Shown piece by piece: positions 1-9,380 of a stretch of DNA of 64,000 bases. The translations under genes and the position numbers were made by a program. Source of the stretch: Candidatus Woesebacteria bacterium. GTDB lineage: Bacteria; Patescibacteriota; Microgenomatia; UBA8517. The stretch is from NCBI GenBank assembly GCA_013374855.1, contig CP055308.1, forward strand, positions 401,833 through 465,832, in the 5' to 3' direction. Every line of letters begins with the position of its first letter. The stretch's first letter is position 1. A model generated the notes under the pieces. That model was not told the origin of the DNA, searched no databases, and saw only the letters and a list, made by a program, of their open reading frames with translations.

Positions 1-332
1 CGGCTGTGGCCAATGCTGTACAAAAGGGTTTTTCGGTCTCAGACTTGGCATTTAAAGAAATTCTTGTTAATGAAGGGCCTTGCTTTAAAAGAGGTAGGCC
101 AGTATCTCGTGGTATGTGGCACCCTTATGTTAGAAGAACCAGCCATATTAAAGTAGTGTTACAAACAAAAGACAAAAGTAGAGAGAGTATTAATAATGTT
201 GATGAAGGGGATATAAAGAAGGGTAAAAAGATTAAAATGGATAAAATTGGTGCTATTAAAAGCAAAGGAAAGATAAAAGCAAAAGATAAAGTAGAGAAGA
301 AGGGAGTAAAAAGTGAAAATATAAATCGATAA
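1..332 (+). CDS. rplV: 50S ribosomal protein L22 (uL22), 5'-truncated at window edge, with Lys-rich C-terminal tail
   Basis: ORF 6..332 translation contains EILVNEGPCFKRGRPVSRGMWHPYVRRTSHIKVVL matching the conserved L22 C-terminal core; sits immediately upstream of S3 as in the S10 operon; frame is open to position 3. Confidence 0.85.
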   Translation, partial: AVANAVQKGFSVSDLAFKEILVNEGPCFKRGRPVSRGMWHPYVRRTSHIKVVLQTKDKSRESINNVDEGDIKKGKKIKMDKIGAIKSKGKIKAKDKVEKKGVKSENINR

Positions 333-336
333 TAAT

Positions 337-990
337 ATGGGACAAAAAGTTAATCCAGTAGGTTTTAGATTAGGATCATTTTTACCTTGGAAATCAAGGT
401 GGTTTTTGGAGGGCAAGAATTACAGGGAGGCCTTGCTTGAGGATATAAAAATAAGGAAGTTTATTTTCGACAGTCTAAGGATAGCTGGGGTTGTGGATGT
501 GGAGATAGAGAGGTTGCCCAAGAGTATAGTTGTTATAGTGACTGTCTCAAGACCGGGAATTGTTATTGGTAGAGGGGGAACAGGACTTGAAGATTTGAAA
601 GGAAAATTAGTTGATCTTTTAGAGAAGATTCGGGGTAGATCACTTGATAAGGACCTAAAAATTGATTTTAGAGTTAATGAAGTTAAGAATCCAGACCTTT
701 CAGCTTATCTTGTGGCGACAAGAATAGCTTCTGACCTTGAGCGCAGGATTCCACACAGAAGGGTGGTAACGAAAGCTATGGAAAGAGTTATGATGTCTGG
801 AGCTCTTGGGGTAAAAGTAATTTTGTCAGGAAGAATTGATGGGGCGGATATTTCAAGAGTAGAAAAATTTCAACTTGGCTCGGTTCCGAATCAGACTTTA
901 AGGGAAGAAATTGATTATGCACAAGTTCCGGCGCTTCCAAAGAAAGGTTATGTTGGTGTGAAAGTTTATATTCATAAGAAAAAATCATAA
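337..990 (+). CDS. rpsC: 30S ribosomal protein S3 (uS3)
   Basis: [14 protein letters not shown]-terminus and KH-domain GRGG motif typical of S3; operon position between L22 and L16. Confidence 0.95.
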   Translation: MGQKVNPVGFRLGSFLPWKSRWFLEGKNYREALLEDIKIRKFIFDSLRIAGVVDVEIERLPKSIVVIVTVSRPGIVIGRGGTGLEDLKGKLVDLLEKIRGRSLDKDLKIDFRVNEVKNPDLSAYLVATRIASDLERRIPHRRVVTKAMERVMMSGALGVKVILSGRIDGADISRVEKFQLGSVPNQTLREEIDYAQVPALPKKGYVGVKVYIHKKKS

Positions 991-994
991 TTTT

Positions 995-1405
995 ATGTTG
1001 CAACCAAAGAGAAGAAAGTACAGGAAAGATTTTAGAGGTAGAAGAAAAGGAATTTCTGTTCGCGGGTCGGAAATTTCTTTTGGTGATTATGGACTGAAGG
1101 CATTAGAAGTTGCTTGGATTACTAGTAATCAGATAGAAGCGGGAAGGAGGGTAATTGCGCGCAGTATTAAAAGAGGTGGGAAAGTTTGGGTGAGAGTGTT
1201 TCCAGATAAACCAGTAACAGCAAGACCAGCGGGAAAGAGAATGGGTGGTGGAAAAGGTGAGATAAGTGGTTATGTAGCGGTTGTAAGGCCGGGTAAAATT
1301 ATTTATGAGCTTGGTGGCGTTCCAAAAGAAGTAGCATTTGATGCATTAGGCAAGGTTGCGTCAAAGTTGCCCATTAGGACAAAAGTCGTAGCGAAGGAGG
1401 GATAA
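995..1405 (+). CDS. rplP: 50S ribosomal protein L16 (uL16)
   Basis: [17 protein letters not shown]-terminus diagnostic of L16. Confidence 0.95.
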   Translation: MLQPKRRKYRKDFRGRRKGISVRGSEISFGDYGLKALEVAWITSNQIEAGRRVIARSIKRGGKVWVRVFPDKPVTARPAGKRMGGGKGEISGYVAVVRPGKIIYELGGVPKEVAFDALGKVASKLPIRTKVVAKEG

Positions 1406-1409
1406 TTAT

Positions 1410-1622
1410 ATGAAAACAAAAGATTTAAAACAGCTAAGAACAAAGACAATTAAAGAACTTGAAGGTTTGATTAAAGCAAAAAAGCAAGATCTCTTGCTTT
1501 CGTATGCTAAAATCAAAGCCGGTAAAGAAAAGAATACAAGTTTGATTAAAAGAATTCGTCGTGATATAGCCCAATTATTAACTTTAGTTAGGGAAAAGGA
1601 AATTTTAGAAAGGAGCAAGTAA
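1410..1622 (+). CDS. rpmC: 50S ribosomal protein L29 (uL29)
   Basis: 70-aa helical protein MKTKDLKQLRTKTIKELEGL..., canonical position after L16. Confidence 0.9.
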   Translation: MKTKDLKQLRTKTIKELEGLIKAKKQDLLLSYAKIKAGKEKNTSLIKRIRRDIAQLLTLVREKEILERSK

Positions 1623-1624
1623 GT

Positions 1625-1894
1625 ATGAAAGTTTTTACAGGTACGGTGATCTCTTGCAAATTACCTAAGACAGCTGTTGTTTTGGTAGAGAGAGTAGTTT
1701 TACACAAGGTCTATAAAAAGAGGTTTAAAAGATCGAAGAAATACATGGTTCATGATGAAGTTGGTGTCAAAGAAGGGGATATAGTTACTTTTGTTCCATC
1801 CCGTCCTTATAGTAGAACTAAAAAGTGGAAGATTGTTGAAGTTATAGGGGGTAATAACCCCAGGAAGAAAACTAAGATTTCAGATAAAAAATGA
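1625..1894 (+). CDS. rpsQ: 30S ribosomal protein S17 (uS17)
   Basis: MKVFTGTVISCKLPKTAVVLVER... OB-fold S17 signature; follows L29. Confidence 0.93.
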   Translation: MKVFTGTVISCKLPKTAVVLVERVVLHKVYKKRFKRSKKYMVHDEVGVKEGDIVTFVPSRPYSRTKKWKIVEVIGGNNPRKKTKISDKK

Positions 1895-2256
1895 TACAAC
1901 TTAGATCTGTTTTAGTACCAGCGGATAATTCAGGAGCCAGAAAGTTAGTGGTTATAGGCTTTTCGTCCAAAATTGGTAGGAAAGCAAGTGTTGGAGACGT
2001 TGTTACTTGTGTAGTTAAAGGTGCTGATCCAGTTGGGGCTGTTTCGGATAGAGAGAAAGTGAAAGTTCTTATTGTTAGGACTAAAAAGGAGGTAAGGAGA
2101 AGAGATGGTACATATGTTAGATTTGATGATAATGCAGGTGTTGTCATAGACAAACAGGGCTTACCGCGTGGAACGAGAATATTGGGTCCTATAGCAAAAG
2201 AAATAAAAGATTTGGGGTACACAAAAATTGCATCGCTGGCAAAGGAGGTAGTTTGA
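1891..2256 (+). CDS. rplN: 50S ribosomal protein L14 (uL14)
   Basis: MIQLRSVLVPADNSGARKLVVIG conserved L14 N-terminus. Confidence 0.95.
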   Translation: MIQLRSVLVPADNSGARKLVVIGFSSKIGRKASVGDVVTCVVKGADPVGAVSDREKVKVLIVRTKKEVRRRDGTYVRFDDNAGVVIDKQGLPRGTRILGPIAKEIKDLGYTKIASLAKEVV

Positions 2257-2257
2257 T

Positions 2258-2566
2258 ATGTTAAAGATAAGGTTAAAGGATAAAGTTAGGGTTATATCAG
2301 GAAAGGATAAAGGGAGGGAAGGTGTAGTGGAAAGGATTTTTCCTGGGGATAAGAAGGTGCTTGTCGACGGAATCAATTTATACAAGAAGCATATTAAAGG
2401 TGGTTACGGGCAAAAATCTGGGGTTTATGATATTCCAAGACCACTTCATATTTCTCGTGTTGTCTTGATTTGTCCTAAATGTTCCAAGCCTGCAAGAGTT
2501 GGATTTTCTGTTAAGGAAGATAAAAAAGTTAGAGTTTGTAAGAAGTGTAAAGCGGAGATTGATTAA
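2258..2566 (+). CDS. rplX: 50S ribosomal protein L24 (uL24) with C-terminal CxxC...CxxC zinc-ribbon extension
   Basis: KOW motif (RVISGKDKGREGVV); C-terminus CPKCSKPARVGFSVKEDKKVRVCKKCKAEID carries two CxxC pairs. Confidence 0.9.
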   Translation: MLKIRLKDKVRVISGKDKGREGVVERIFPGDKKVLVDGINLYKKHIKGGYGQKSGVYDIPRPLHISRVVLICPKCSKPARVGFSVKEDKKVRVCKKCKAEID

Positions 2567-2568
2567 TC

Positions 2569-3102
2569 ATGGAAGAAAAATACAAAGAAGCAACAAAAGT
2601 TTTAATAGATGAATTTGGAATTAGGAATAAAATGGCGGTTCCAAGGATAGTTAAGGTTGTGGTAAATTCTGGTGTAGGGTCGATAAGTAAAAACAAAGAA
2701 ATGCTTGATGCTGTGGTAAAGGATATGGCCTTGATAACAGGTCAGAAGCCTTCTGTCAGGAAATCAAAAGTATCTGTTTCAGCTTTTGATTTAAGAAAGG
2801 GCCAGCCGGTGGGAATTAAGGTTACTTTGAGGGGAAACAGAGCCTTGAGTTTCTTGGAGAAACTGTTTTCAGTTGTTTTGCCTAGATTAAATGATTTCAG
2901 AGGTGTGCCTGTTGATTCGTTTGATAGGGATGGTAATTATACTTTGGGATTGTCTGATCATACTATCTTTCCGGAGGTAGATTTATCTAAAGTAACGAAA
3001 CCTTTCGGTCTAGAGATAACAATAGTTACAAGTACCAAGGATAAGGAAAGATCCAAAAGATTGCTTGAACTTTTAGGCATGCCTTTTGAGAGGAAAAATT
3101 AA
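2569..3102 (+). CDS. rplE: 50S ribosomal protein L5 (uL5)
   Basis: 177 aa, conserved L5 segments ([15 protein letters not shown]); follows L24. Confidence 0.93.
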   Translation: MEEKYKEATKVLIDEFGIRNKMAVPRIVKVVVNSGVGSISKNKEMLDAVVKDMALITGQKPSVRKSKVSVSAFDLRKGQPVGIKVTLRGNRALSFLEKLFSVVLPRLNDFRGVPVDSFDRDGNYTLGLSDHTIFPEVDLSKVTKPFGLEITIVTSTKDKERSKRLLELLGMPFERKN

Positions 3103-3103
3103 T

Positions 3104-3289
3104 ATGGCAACTAAAGCGAAAGAGGTTAGAGAAACTAAAAAGTTAAGGTATAAGGTGAGATATCGCAATCGTTGTAGCCTTTGTGGTAGACCAAGAGCTT
3201 ATATGAGAAAATATGGTCTGTGTCGTCTTTGTTTTAGAACAGAGGCGTTGAAAGGGAATATTCCAGGTGTAAAAAAAGCAAGTTGGTGA
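3104..3289 (+). CDS. rpsZ: 30S ribosomal protein S14 type Z (zinc-binding, 61 aa)
   Basis: [13 protein letters not shown]...[22 protein letters not shown] with CxxC-x12-CxxC; start chosen at internal ATG just after the L5 stop. Confidence 0.9.
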   Translation: MATKAKEVRETKKLRYKVRYRNRCSLCGRPRAYMRKYGLCRLCFRTEALKGNIPGVKKASW

Positions 3290-3292
3290 GCT

Positions 3293-3682
3293 ATGGGAAT
3301 AACTAATTATCCAATTGCAGATTTCTTGTCTGGTCTAAAAAATGCGGTTCTTGCGCGCAGTAGATTGTTTGAGTACAAGAGTATGAAGTTAGTAAAAGAG
3401 GTGGCTTTTTGCCTGTCAAGGATTGGTTATATAGAAAAAATTGAGGAGGATAAGGAAAGAGGTGTTATTCGAGTTTTTCTCAAGTATTCACATAAATTAC
3501 CTATTATCTCTGATATAAAGATTGTTTCCAAACCTGGACTTCGTGTTTACTGGAACTTGAAGAAACTTGAGGAATACAAGAAGCCACAAATGTTGATTAT
3601 TTCTACACCCAAAGGGATTCTTTCTTCCAAGGAAGCTTTGAAAGAGAGAGTTGGTGGGGAAGTAATAGCGTCTGTTTGGTAA
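3293..3682 (+). CDS. rpsH: 30S ribosomal protein S8 (uS8)
   Basis: 129 aa; MGITNYPIADFLSGLKNA... with ISTPKGILSSKEA and ending GGEVIASVW, typical S8. Confidence 0.93.
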   Translation: MGITNYPIADFLSGLKNAVLARSRLFEYKSMKLVKEVAFCLSRIGYIEKIEEDKERGVIRVFLKYSHKLPIISDIKIVSKPGLRVYWNLKKLEEYKKPQMLIISTPKGILSSKEALKERVGGEVIASVW

Positions 3683-3686
3683 AACT

Positions 3687-4235
3687 ATGAGCAAGATAGG
3701 AAAAAAAATAATTGATATACCTCAAGGGGTTGAGGTAGAACTGTCACGTCGCAGAATAACTATAAAGGGAAATAAGGGTCAATTGAGCTTTTCTTTACCT
3801 GTAGGTATAGCGGTTAATAAAAGTGATAGTGGTTTAGTAGTTTCCCGCGTTTCAGGTAGTAGAGAGTCTGCTAGTTTACATGGAACGGTAAGAACTATTA
3901 TTGACAATATGGTAAAGGGAGTAATATATGGGTGGAAAAAAGAACTTGAGGTTGTTGGAACCGGGTATCGTGCCGAAGTTTTGTCAGATGGAAAGTTGGT
4001 CTTGAATGTTGGTTTTTCTCATCCAGTAGAAGTAAAACCGCCTTCGGATGTTAAGTTTTTGGTTGAGAAATCAAGAATAATAGTTGAAGGAATAGATAAA
4101 CAGAAAGTTGGGCAGGTTGCGGCGCAGATTAGGTCTATTCGTCCACCTGAGCCATATAAAGGTAAGGGCATAAGATATGCCGATGAGGTGGTAAGAAGAA
4201 AAGCAGGTAAAGCTGCGAAGTCTCAGGGTGCTTAA
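3687..4235 (+). CDS. rplF: 50S ribosomal protein L6 (uL6)
   Basis: 182 aa, two-domain L6 pattern (GYRAEV..., ending with KGIRY). Confidence 0.93.
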   Translation: MSKIGKKIIDIPQGVEVELSRRRITIKGNKGQLSFSLPVGIAVNKSDSGLVVSRVSGSRESASLHGTVRTIIDNMVKGVIYGWKKELEVVGTGYRAEVLSDGKLVLNVGFSHPVEVKPPSDVKFLVEKSRIIVEGIDKQKVGQVAAQIRSIRPPEPYKGKGIRYADEVVRRKAGKAAKSQGA

Positions 4236-4241
4236 ATCTTT

Positions 4242-4610
4242 ATGAAAAAGACAAATAAAAAAGAAATGTTTAGAAAATTGCCAAAGAGCAAAGAAAAAAA
4301 GAAAGCTGTTTTTAAGCCGTTTGATAATGATCGTTTAAGGTTGGTGGTGTCTCGTTCAAATAAGAACATTTTTGCTCAAATAACAGATAGAGATGGAAGG
4401 ACTATTTTGGGTGTCTCGACATTAATGTCTGAGCTAAAAGATAAAAAGTTAAAAAAGACGGAAAAATCGTATGCTTTAGGTGAGATAGTGGCGGAAAAAG
4501 CCATTAAAATGGGAATTAAAAGAGTTTATTTTGATAGAAATGGGTTGCGTTACCATGGGAGAATAAAATCTTTTGCTGAAGGTGCACGGAAAGGAGGTTT
4601 GGATTTCTAA
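4242..4610 (+). CDS. rplR: 50S ribosomal protein L18 (uL18)
   Basis: 122 aa, RLVVSRSNKNIFAQI... and C-terminal GGLDF typical of L18. Confidence 0.9.
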   Translation: MKKTNKKEMFRKLPKSKEKKKAVFKPFDNDRLRLVVSRSNKNIFAQITDRDGRTILGVSTLMSELKDKKLKKTEKSYALGEIVAEKAIKMGIKRVYFDRNGLRYHGRIKSFAEGARKGGLDF

Positions 4611-5119
4611 TGGCGGATTTTAGCATTAAAAAGGAGGATACATTTTTGGAAAAAGAAGGTTCTTTATCGGAAACTGTAATTGAAGTAAGGAGAATTTCTA
4701 AGAAGACAAAAGGTGGAAACAGAATTAGATTTTCTGCCTTGGTTGTTGTTGGTGACAAAAAAGGGAAGGTTGGAGCGGGTTTGGCAAAGGCATTGGATGT
4801 TAGGAGCGCTGTCAAAAAAGCTGTTGAGCAAGCAAAAAAGAGAATGATCAAAGTTCCATTAACCGGTACAACAATACCTTTTAGTGCAGTAAAGAAATAT
4901 TCGGCAGCTCGTGTTATGTTAAAACCTGCTCCTTCAGGTTCTGGAATAATAGCTGGGGGGACAATGAGGGTGATATTGGATGCAGCTGGAGTTAAAGATG
5001 CAGTGGGTAAAATTTTGGGCTCAAGGAGTAAAATTGCCAATGTTTATGCGACACTTGCGGCTTTGCAAGAGATAGCTGGATTAAAAAATAAGAAAGGGGG
5101 TAAGATGAAAAATGAATAA
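4610..5119 (+). CDS. rpsE: 30S ribosomal protein S5 (uS5)
   Basis: VRRISKKTKGGNRIRFSALVVVGDKKGKVGAG... S5 dsRBD plus C-terminal domain. Confidence 0.95.
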   Translation: MADFSIKKEDTFLEKEGSLSETVIEVRRISKKTKGGNRIRFSALVVVGDKKGKVGAGLAKALDVRSAVKKAVEQAKKRMIKVPLTGTTIPFSAVKKYSAARVMLKPAPSGSGIIAGGTMRVILDAAGVKDAVGKILGSRSKIANVYATLAALQEIAGLKNKKGGKMKNE

Positions 5120-5549
5120 GATTAGGATTAAAGAGGGCTCAAAGAAACGTGTAGGAAGGGGGTATGGTAGTGGCAAAGGAGGTCATACTGTAGGAAGAGG
5201 ACAGAAAGGACAGAAAGTTCGAGGCAAAATAGGCGTACTTTTTGAAGGGATAAAGGTTAAGAAGTCTCTTTTTAAGAGAATTCCTTTCTTGCGAGGTAAA
5301 GGTAAGAACAAATCTAGATCGGCTAAACCGTTGTTAGTAAAGCTTTCGTCACTTAATATTCTAAAAGATGGTAGTGTTGTTGATCTGGATTTACTTATCA
5401 AGAAAGGTTGGTTTAGAAAGAATGATATAGTTAGAAGGGGTGTAAAGATAGTTTACGATAAGGATATTGAAAAGAAGTTGATAGTTAAAGTCCCCGTAAC
5501 TGAATCTGCCAAGAAATCTATAGAGTCAGTTGGTGGAGAAGTCGGATAA
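5112..5549 (+). CDS. rplO: 50S ribosomal protein L15 (uL15)
   Basis: Gly-rich N-terminus KRVGRGYGSGKGGHTVGRGQKGQ typical of L15; follows S5 directly with no L30 gene in between. Confidence 0.93.
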   Translation: MNKIRIKEGSKKRVGRGYGSGKGGHTVGRGQKGQKVRGKIGVLFEGIKVKKSLFKRIPFLRGKGKNKSRSAKPLLVKLSSLNILKDGSVVDLDLLIKKGWFRKNDIVRRGVKIVYDKDIEKKLIVKVPVTESAKKSIESVGGEVG

Positions 5550-5556
5550 TATTTTT

Positions 5557-6849
5557 ATGTTTTTCTCTATTCTCTCTTTTTTTCAACGCTGTATTAAGCA
5601 GGAGGATATTAGGAAAAAAATTTTTTTTACAGCTTTTGCTCTTTTGGTGTTTAGAATTGCAGCTCATATTCCAGCAGCTGGCATTGATTCAGTTTTGCTT
5701 AAGACTCTATTTGTCTCAAGCCCGTTACTTTCTCTTCTTGATATTTTCTCTGGGGGAACTCTTATTAATTTTTCTGTTATGGCACTAGGGCTTGGCCCCT
5801 ACATTAGTGCTTCAATTATAATGCAGCTTCTACAGGTTATTGTGCCTCGATTGGAAGAATTGTCAAAGGAGGGTGAGTATGGACAGGAACAGATTGATAG
5901 ATATACGCGTTTTTTGACTATACCTATTTCTGTGTTTCAAGCCTTTGCAATGTATCTTTTGCTTAAAAGTCAGGGAGTGATTCCGGAATTACCATACATT
6001 AATATATTTGCCCTAATTTTAACTATGGTGGCAGGAAGTGTTTTTGCTGTTTGGTTGGGGGATCTTATCACGGAGTATGGTTTGTCAAATGGTGTTTCGT
6101 TTCTTATTTTTGCTGGGATTGTTGCAAGGCTTCCGGTAGTTTTTGGACAAATAACCACTTCTATTCAAGCTGAAGATTTTTTCAAGCAGATAATTTTTGT
6201 TGCAATCTCAATTTTGGTGATAGGTCTTATTGTGTTTATGAACGAGGCTATAAGGAAGATACCCGTCAATTATTCACGCAGGTCAAGATCCATAGGCACG
6301 AATTTTTCATACCTTCCCTTAAGAGTTAATCAGGCTAATGTCATTCCTATTATATTTGCTGTTTCTTTGGTTTTGATACCATCTTTTATGGGTCAATTTC
6401 TGCTTAGTACCTCATACACCCAACTTCATCCTTTGGCTGATTTTATGATTAGGAACTTTGATCCAAAGACATTTTTGTATAATGCTGTTTATTTTTTGCT
6501 TGTAGTTGGTTTTACTTTTTTCTATACGGCTATAGTATTTGATCCTCAAAAAATTGCAGAGAATTTACAAAAGAGTGGTGGTTTTATACCCGGTATAAGA
6601 CCTGGGAGTCAGACTGTTTCCTATCTTAAGTCGGTTCTTTATAGGGTAACTTTGGTGGGTGCTGTGTTTTTAGGACTGGTTGCTATACTGCCATCTTTAT
6701 TGCAATTGTTTCTTGCAACTGCCAATTTAGTAATAGGAGGAACGGGAGTCTTAATTGTAGTTTCTGTTGTACTTGAGACTATAAGGAATCTTGAGTCCCA
6801 ATTGGTTATGAAAAGGTATGCTGGTTTTTTGGACGAATCTGTAAATTAG
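5557..6849 (+). CDS. secY: preprotein translocase subunit SecY
   Basis: 10-TM protein, N-terminus FTAFALLVFRIAAHIPAAGID; canonical position after L15; start set at internal ATG 5557 just after the L15 stop (track ORF starts at 5530). Confidence 0.93.
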   Translation: MFFSILSFFQRCIKQEDIRKKIFFTAFALLVFRIAAHIPAAGIDSVLLKTLFVSSPLLSLLDIFSGGTLINFSVMALGLGPYISASIIMQLLQVIVPRLEELSKEGEYGQEQIDRYTRFLTIPISVFQAFAMYLLLKSQGVIPELPYINIFALILTMVAGSVFAVWLGDLITEYGLSNGVSFLIFAGIVARLPVVFGQITTSIQAEDFFKQIIFVAISILVIGLIVFMNEAIRKIPVNYSRRSRSIGTNFSYLPLRVNQANVIPIIFAVSLVLIPSFMGQFLLSTSYTQLHPLADFMIRNFDPKTFLYNAVYFLLVVGFTFFYTAIVFDPQKIAENLQKSGGFIPGIRPGSQTVSYLKSVLYRVTLVGAVFLGLVAILPSLLQLFLATANLVIGGTGVLIVVSVVLETIRNLESQLVMKRYAGFLDESVN

Positions 6850-6854
6850 AAATT

Positions 6855-7496
6855 ATGAATATTATTGTTTTAGGATTGCCTGGTGCTGGTAAGGGAACAC
6901 AATCAAGAAGAATAGCATCTGAGAAAGGCCTTTTTTATTTTGAAGCAGGAGGTTTCCTGCGAGATCTGGCAAAAAATGATATTCATCTTCGGGAAGTATT
7001 AAATTCTGGTAGGTTGGTTCCTGATGAGCAAATGAGCAGGATGGTTTTTGATTATCTTGGGGGTTATGGAAGACATTATAAAGGAATTCTTTTTGATGGC
7101 TATCCTCGCTCTGTTTCGCAATATAAGGATTTATCTAATTGGATTAGTCAAAGAGGGGAAAGAATAGATTTGATTTTATTTTTTGATTTACCTGTTGAGG
7201 AAGCGGTAAAAAGACTTTCCTCAAGGAGAGTATGTCCTGTTTGTGGTCGTGTTTACAATTTGGTAACAGATCCACCCATAGAAGACAGTTTGTGTAATGT
7301 TTGCAAGGTGAAGCTTTTTCAAAGAGATGATGATACAGAAGGGGTAGTTCGGGAGAGGTTTGCAAAACAAAAAGAGTCTCTTCTGCCATTGATTGGCTTG
7401 GTTGATAAACAGGATAATTTCTTTAAGATAGATGCTTCGCAATCGATAGAAAAGGTTTATGGGGATATTGTTTCTGTTCTTGAAAAGTATGAGTAA
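6855..7496 (+). CDS. adk: adenylate kinase with zinc-binding lid
   Basis: P-loop GLPGAGKGTQ; lid CPVCGRVYN...CNVC. Confidence 0.93.
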   Translation: MNIIVLGLPGAGKGTQSRRIASEKGLFYFEAGGFLRDLAKNDIHLREVLNSGRLVPDEQMSRMVFDYLGGYGRHYKGILFDGYPRSVSQYKDLSNWISQRGERIDLILFFDLPVEEAVKRLSSRRVCPVCGRVYNLVTDPPIEDSLCNVCKVKLFQRDDDTEGVVRERFAKQKESLLPLIGLVDKQDNFFKIDASQSIEKVYGDIVSVLEKYE

Positions 7497-8247
7497 TATA
7501 CCAATTAAAACAAAAAGAGAGCTTTTACTTATTCAGGAAGGAGGGAAAAAGCTCTCGCAGATAAAAGAAGCGTTGTTTTTTATGATAAAGGAGGGTGTTT
7601 CTTCACTAGATTTGGAAAAAAAGGCGGAGGAATTAATGGAAAAAACAGGCGGATACCCTTCGTTTAAGACGGTTCCTGGTTATAATTGGGCTACTTGTAT
7701 TAATGTTAATGAGGGAGTAGTTCATGGAATACCTAAGGAAGATATTGTTTTTAAAGAAGGTGATTTAGTGAGTGTTGATTTGGGATTATATTATAAGGGT
7801 TTTCACACTGATACCTCGTTTTCGAAGGTTGTTGGCAAGGGAAGCAATTTTGTTAATTTTTTTGTAAAGGCAGGGAGAGAAGCGCTTAGGAGTGCTGTAG
7901 ATAAGTGCTATCCCGGCAACAGAATTTATGATATATCTGAAGCAATAGAAAAGACTTTAAAGAGAAGAGGTTTTAAACCTACTGCTCACTTAACAGGTCA
8001 TGGAGTGGGCAAAGATTTACATGAAAAGCCTTTGATTCCTGGTTTGGTTGGTTTGACAAAAAGGGCTGATACACCAGAGATTAAGGTAGGTATGGTTTTT
8101 GCTTTGGAAGTTATTTATTTGTCGGGAAAGGATGAACTTTTAACGGAAAGTGATGGGTGGACAATTTCAACAGCAGATGGTAAAATATCAGGGCTTTTTG
8201 AGGATACGGTAATTGTAACTCCTAAGGGCCCCGTTGTGGTAACTTAG
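7489..8247 (+). CDS. map: methionine aminopeptidase type I
   Basis: pita-bread fold motifs (D...D...H...E...E: VDLGLYYKGFHTD, HGVGKDLHE, FALEVIY); position after adk; start at 7489 overlaps the adk stop. Confidence 0.9.
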   Translation: MSNIPIKTKRELLLIQEGGKKLSQIKEALFFMIKEGVSSLDLEKKAEELMEKTGGYPSFKTVPGYNWATCINVNEGVVHGIPKEDIVFKEGDLVSVDLGLYYKGFHTDTSFSKVVGKGSNFVNFFVKAGREALRSAVDKCYPGNRIYDISEAIEKTLKRRGFKPTAHLTGHGVGKDLHEKPLIPGLVGLTKRADTPEIKVGMVFALEVIYLSGKDELLTESDGWTISTADGKISGLFEDTVIVTPKGPVVVT

Positions 8248-8259
8248 GTGTTTTTGTCT

Positions 8260-8469
8260 ATGGCAGATTTACTTATTAAGGAAGGTACAGTGGAGGAAGC
8301 TATGCCCAATACTATGTTTAGGGTCAAGCTTTTTGACGGAAGTTTAGTATTGGCAACTTTGAAAGGAAAACTAAGAAAAAATTATGTTAGGATTTTTCCT
8401 GGTGATAGGGTAAGGGTAGAGTTTACTCCTTACGATAAGGAGAGGGGTAGGATTGTACAAAAATTATGA
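8260..8469 (+). CDS. infA: translation initiation factor IF-1
   Basis: [24 protein letters not shown]... S1-like OB fold, about 70 aa. Confidence 0.93.
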   Translation: MADLLIKEGTVEEAMPNTMFRVKLFDGSLVLATLKGKLRKNYVRIFPGDRVRVEFTPYDKERGRIVQKL

Positions 8470-8579
8470 AAGTTCAATCGTCAATAGAAAAAAGGTGCAG
8501 AGATTGTAAAATTGTAAAAAGAAAAGGCAAGATTTATGTTATTTGCAAAAACCCTCGCCACAAGCAGAGGCAGGGTTAA
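8466..8579 (+). CDS. rpmJ: 50S ribosomal protein L36 (bL36), 37 aa, missed by ORF track
   Basis: Manual translation: [37 protein letters not shown]; ATG overlaps the infA stop (ATGA); C-x2-C-x12-C-x4-H zinc ribbon typical of L36. Confidence 0.9.
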   Translation: MKVQSSIEKRCRDCKIVKRKGKIYVICKNPRHKQRQG

Positions 8580-8587
8580 TTTTGATT

Positions 8588-8992
8588 ATGGCAAGAATTG
8601 TAGGAGTAGAATTGAATGATGATTGGAAATTAGACTTTGCCTTGACAAGAATAAAAGGTATAGGTTGGAGTGTGTCTCAGAAGATATTGTCTGATCTTGG
8701 TATTCCTTTTAAGAAATTGGTAGGGGATTTAACAAGCGAGGAGTTAAACAAGATTTCATCCAAGTTGGAGAATTTTGTGATAGAAGGTGATTTGGTAAGA
8801 AAAGTTAAAGAAGATATAACAAGACTCAAGCAAATTGGTTCTTATCGTGGAATAAGGCACTCACGTATGTTGCCGGTTAGGGGCCAGCGGACAAGGCATA
8901 ATGCTAGAACCAAAAGAGGAAAAAGAAAAACAGTAGGAGCTTTCCGTAAGGAAATGCTTGCTAAGATGCAGAAAGACAAAAGTAAAGAGTGA
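8588..8992 (+). CDS. rpsM: 30S ribosomal protein S13 (uS13)
   Basis: MARIVGVELNDDWKLDFALTRIKGIG...; start chosen at internal ATG (track ORF starts at 8543 and overlaps L36). Confidence 0.93.
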   Translation: MARIVGVELNDDWKLDFALTRIKGIGWSVSQKILSDLGIPFKKLVGDLTSEELNKISSKLENFVIEGDLVRKVKEDITRLKQIGSYRGIRHSRMLPVRGQRTRHNARTKRGKRKTVGAFRKEMLAKMQKDKSKE

Positions 8993-9006
8993 GAATATAA
9001 ATAATT

Positions 9007-9378
9007 ATGGCAAGAAAAACATCTAAAGTTGTTGAAAAAGGAAAAATTTACATTTCTGCTAGTTTTAACAATACGCTAGCTACAATTACAGATCTTGATG
9101 GGAATGTTTTGGCTTGGCAAACAGCAGGTTCCTCGGGTTTTAAAGGTACTAGAAAGGCTACACCTTATGCTGCTACTGTAACTGTTGAGAAGCTTTTGAA
9201 TAAGGTGAAAAATGAAATTGGACTTAATGAACTTGAGGTTTATGTTAAAGGCCCGGGTGTAGGAAGAGATGCTGCCTTGAGGGCTATCAGGAGTTCTGGA
9301 ATTAAAATTTCTCTGATAGCTGATATAACTCCACTTCCGCACAATGGCCCAAGGCCTAAGAAAAAAAGGAGAGTTTAG
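9007..9378 (+). CDS. rpsK: 30S ribosomal protein S11 (uS11)
   Basis: IYISASFNNTLATITDLDGNVLAWQTAGSSGFKG... conserved S11 core. Confidence 0.95.
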   Translation: MARKTSKVVEKGKIYISASFNNTLATITDLDGNVLAWQTAGSSGFKGTRKATPYAATVTVEKLLNKVKNEIGLNELEVYVKGPGVGRDAALRAIRSSGIKISLIADITPLPHNGPRPKKKRRV

Positions 9379-9380
9379 TT

